Source: Eubacteriales bacterium (GTDB taxonomy: Bacteria; Bacillota; Clostridia; Oscillospirales; CAG-272). From it: DNA of 64,000 nt. Below the pieces are notes generated by a model. That model was not told where the DNA came from. It worked only from the letters and a program-made list of their open reading frames with translations, and did not search any database. Of this stretch, positions 62,177 through 64,000 are shown one piece after another; position 1 is the first letter of the stretch, and every line of letters starts with the position of its first letter. The position numbers and the translations under genes were made by a program. The stretch lies in assembly GCA_045638385.1 (NCBI GenBank), contig JAZUBI010000117.1:29398-93397 (forward strand), in the 5' to 3' direction.

Positions 62177-63085
62177 TTATTTATCAAGATATCTGCAAGC
62201 CGCAAGCGCCGCAGTCGCACCGTCAGCGCATGCCGTCGAGATCTGGCGAACGCCCTTAGTTCTGCAATCTCCAGCAACGAACACACCCTCTGTATCTGTA
62301 AGACAAGCCTCATCCGAAACAATGTATCCTCTGTCATTTAAGGACACAAGATTTCTATACTGCTCGTTTTCAGGCACCTGACCGATAGCAACGAACATAC
62401 CGTCAAGGTCAAGTCTCACCTTCTCGCCGTTCTTCACGTCTTTGATAACGATTCCGTTAAAGGTATCATATCCGAGGATCTCATCAACGGTGTAGCCGCA
62501 AATGATCTCAACGTTCTTTCTTTCACGGAGTATCTTTGCAAGCTTTTCCTCACCGGTAAGAAAATCAAGGTTCTGAACGATATATACCTTCTCGCATCCG
62601 TCCGAAAGCATTATCGCCTCAACGAGAGCGGAATTTCCTCCGCCTACAACCGCAACGGTCTTGTTGGCATAAAAGGCACCGTCACATACCGCGCAGAAGG
62701 ATATACCGTCACCGATAAACTGCTCCTCCTTGGGAAGGCCAAGCAAACGGTGCTTTGATCCTGTGGCAATAACGACCGAGCGCGCAAGGAAATCACATTC
62801 CGAGCATGAAACACTGAAAACACCGTTTTCCTCCTTGCGAACTCCCTTCACCTCTTGCATATCTATCTCAGCGCCAAGATTCAATGCCTGCTCAACAAGC
62901 TTTTCAGCAAGCTCATTTCCGCTTATCTGGCAAAATCCCGGATAATTTTCAATTTTGGGAGAAAAGGTCATCTGTCCGCCAAACGTTCCTCTCTCAAGCA
63001 CGAGAACGCTCTTATCAGCTCTTCTCGCGTATATAGCGGCGGTAAGACCGGCAGGTCCCGCGCCGACAACTATAATGTCATACAT
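62177..63085 (-). CDS. trxB: thioredoxin-disulfide reductase
   Basis: YDIIVVGAGPAGLTAAIYA (FAD), CAVCDG redox centre, VVGGGNSA (NADPH). The ATG at 63085 has RBS AAGAGG. The TTG at 63115 lies inside the upstream hairpin. Confidence 0.85.
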   Translation of the reverse strand: MYDIIVVGAGPAGLTAAIYARRADKSVLVLERGTFGGQMTFSPKIENYPGFCQISGNELAEKLVEQALNLGAEIDMQEVKGVRKEENGVFSVSCSECDFLARSVVIATGSKHRLLGLPKEEQFIGDGISFCAVCDGAFYANKTVAVVGGGNSALVEAIMLSDGCEKVYIVQNLDFLTGEEKLAKILRERKNVEIICGYTVDEILGYDTFNGIVIKDVKNGEKVRLDLDGMFVAIGQVPENEQYRNLVSLNDRGYIVSDEACLTDTEGVFVAGDCRTKGVRQISTACADGATAALAACRYLDK

Positions 63086-63102
63086 ATTCTGCCTCTTTCG
63101 GT

Positions 63103-63154
63103 AAAAAATTGGCAATCCGCCCGTTTCTTTTCCCGATTCCTCGGGCGGATTGCC
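63103..63154 (-). terminator. 12-bp hairpin plus U-tract between nrdD and trxB (terminator/attenuator)
   Basis: GGCAATCCGCCC (63111..63122) pairs perfectly with GGGCGGATTGCC (63143..63154). On the minus strand it is followed by AAUUUUUU and then directly by the trxB RBS. Confidence 0.55.
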
Positions 63155-63170
63155 TTATGACCGTTAAAAA

Positions 63171-64000
63171 TTACTTATTCTCAACAGTCTCTATATACTT
63201 TCTAATGTTAGAAAGATTAACAGCCTTTTCGATCTCAACACCGTTATCAGCAACAACGAGTGTAGGAGCGTTCTTGATTCCAAAGTGATCGCAAAGCTCT
63301 CTGTTCTCATCAGCGTAGATCTTTTCGAACTTGATTCCGGCCTTTTCAAGGAACATAGCCGCCATCTTACAGTTGGGGCATGTCTTTGTTGCGAAAAGAA
63401 GTACTCCGCTCACGTCAGCAGCCTGCTCCTTTTCAACCTGAGGAGTAACCGCGTTCACAGTTCTCACGCCGTCAGATCCGATATTGATCTCGGGGTGAAG
63501 CTCATTGGAGCGATCGATGTTATATGTACGTCTCTCCTTGAACTCCTGGCTCTTACCGTCGTTCCAAGCCTGAACGGGACGGTAGTAACCGGTAATACGG
63601 CTGTAAACCTCGGTAGTCTTGTTACAGTGAGGACATTTATAAACCTCGCCGTTGATATATCCGTGCTCGGTGCATACACTGTATGTAGGAGACATGGTAT
63701 AGTACGGAAGCTTATAATTCTCCGCGATCTTGCGAACAAGATTAGCCGCGCTCTTCCATGTAGGAAGCTTCTCTCCAAGGAACGCGTGGAATACTGTACC
63801 GGAGGTATAGAGTGTCTGGAGCTCGTCCTGAATATCAAGAGCAGCGAAGATATCCTCGGTAAATCCTACGGGAAGGTGAGAAGAGTTTGTATAGTAAGGC
63901 GCATTATCATTATCGGTTGCAGTGATTATATCGGGCCATCTCTTTCTGTCGTGCTTTGCAAAACGGAAGGAGGTTGACTCTGCAGGAGTTGCCTCAAGGT
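63171..64000 (-). CDS. nrdD: anaerobic ribonucleoside-triphosphate reductase NrdD, C-terminal part, fused to a glutaredoxin/NrdH-like CxxC domain (5' end outside window)
   Basis: The ORF stays open upstream of the listed Met to the window edge (...LVRKIAENYKLPYYTMSPTYSVCTEHGY..CPHC..). It has the glycyl-radical tail EVYSRITGYYRPVQAWNDGKSQEFKERR. After a linker comes LLFATKTCPNCKMAAMFLEKAGIKFEKI...APTLVV. Confidence 0.8.
   Translation of the reverse strand, partial: LEATPAESTSFRFAKHDRKRWPDIITATDNDNAPYYTNSSHLPVGFTEDIFAALDIQDELQTLYTSGTVFHAFLGEKLPTWKSAANLVRKIAENYKLPYYTMSPTYSVCTEHGYINGEVYKCPHCNKTTEVYSRITGYYRPVQAWNDGKSQEFKERRTYNIDRSNELHPEINIGSDGVRTVNAVTPQVEKEQAADVSGVLLFATKTCPNCKMAAMFLEKAGIKFEKIYADENRELCDHFGIKNAPTLVVADNGVEIEKAVNLSNIRKYIETVENK

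Noticed and set aside
63086-63115. TTG start at 63115 for trxB (ORF-track start); likewise TTG 5795 for the RNase, 16737 for the RDD gene, 11731 for the SBP, and 59857 for the small ORF
   Set aside because: In each case an internal ATG or GTG has a canonical GGAGG-like RBS at 5-9 nt and yields a sensible N-terminus (signal peptide or FAD motif). The upstream extension lies in a hairpin or leader, or lacks an RBS.

Overview
Chromosomal segment of a low-GC Gram-positive anaerobe, Clostridia-like by gene content (GGAGG-type RBSs, lipoboxes, SecA/PcrA/TypA/RqcH/TrmL/MnmA/RsmA housekeeping genes). I call 46 protein-coding genes, with no rRNA, tRNA, CRISPR array or transposase. The best candidate for a new system is 1..16.7 kb. 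There a CUT1 (MalEFGK/Ugp-like) ABC importer operon also encodes a thermonuclease-family lipoprotein and a 939-aa OB-fold lipoprotein. It is flanked by a secreted barnase-family RNase and by an operon of a 5'-nucleotidase fragment, a dGTPase-like HD protein, two NrnA-like DHH phosphoesterases and SurE. The MalF-like permease carries a ~345-aa insert between TM1 and TM2, built from the same ~105-aa module that is triplicated in the OB-fold lipoprotein. I read this as an extracellular nucleic-acid harvesting and import locus; this is inference. Other notable items: a 2043-aa beta-helix/SGNH exoprotein whose last two modules plus stop codon are duplicated as a signal-less, SD-less downstream ORF. 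A ~0.9 kb intergenic segment (59.4..60.3 kb) is bounded by ~48-nt inverted repeats. It contains a consensus promoter, an unclassified riboswitch-like leader with terminator, a 66-aa Cys-rich ORF and a pseudo-symmetric hairpin array. At the window edge an NrdD C-terminus is fused to a CxxC glutaredoxin-like domain next to trxB. All calls rest on reading the sequence and ORF translations; no database search was run.
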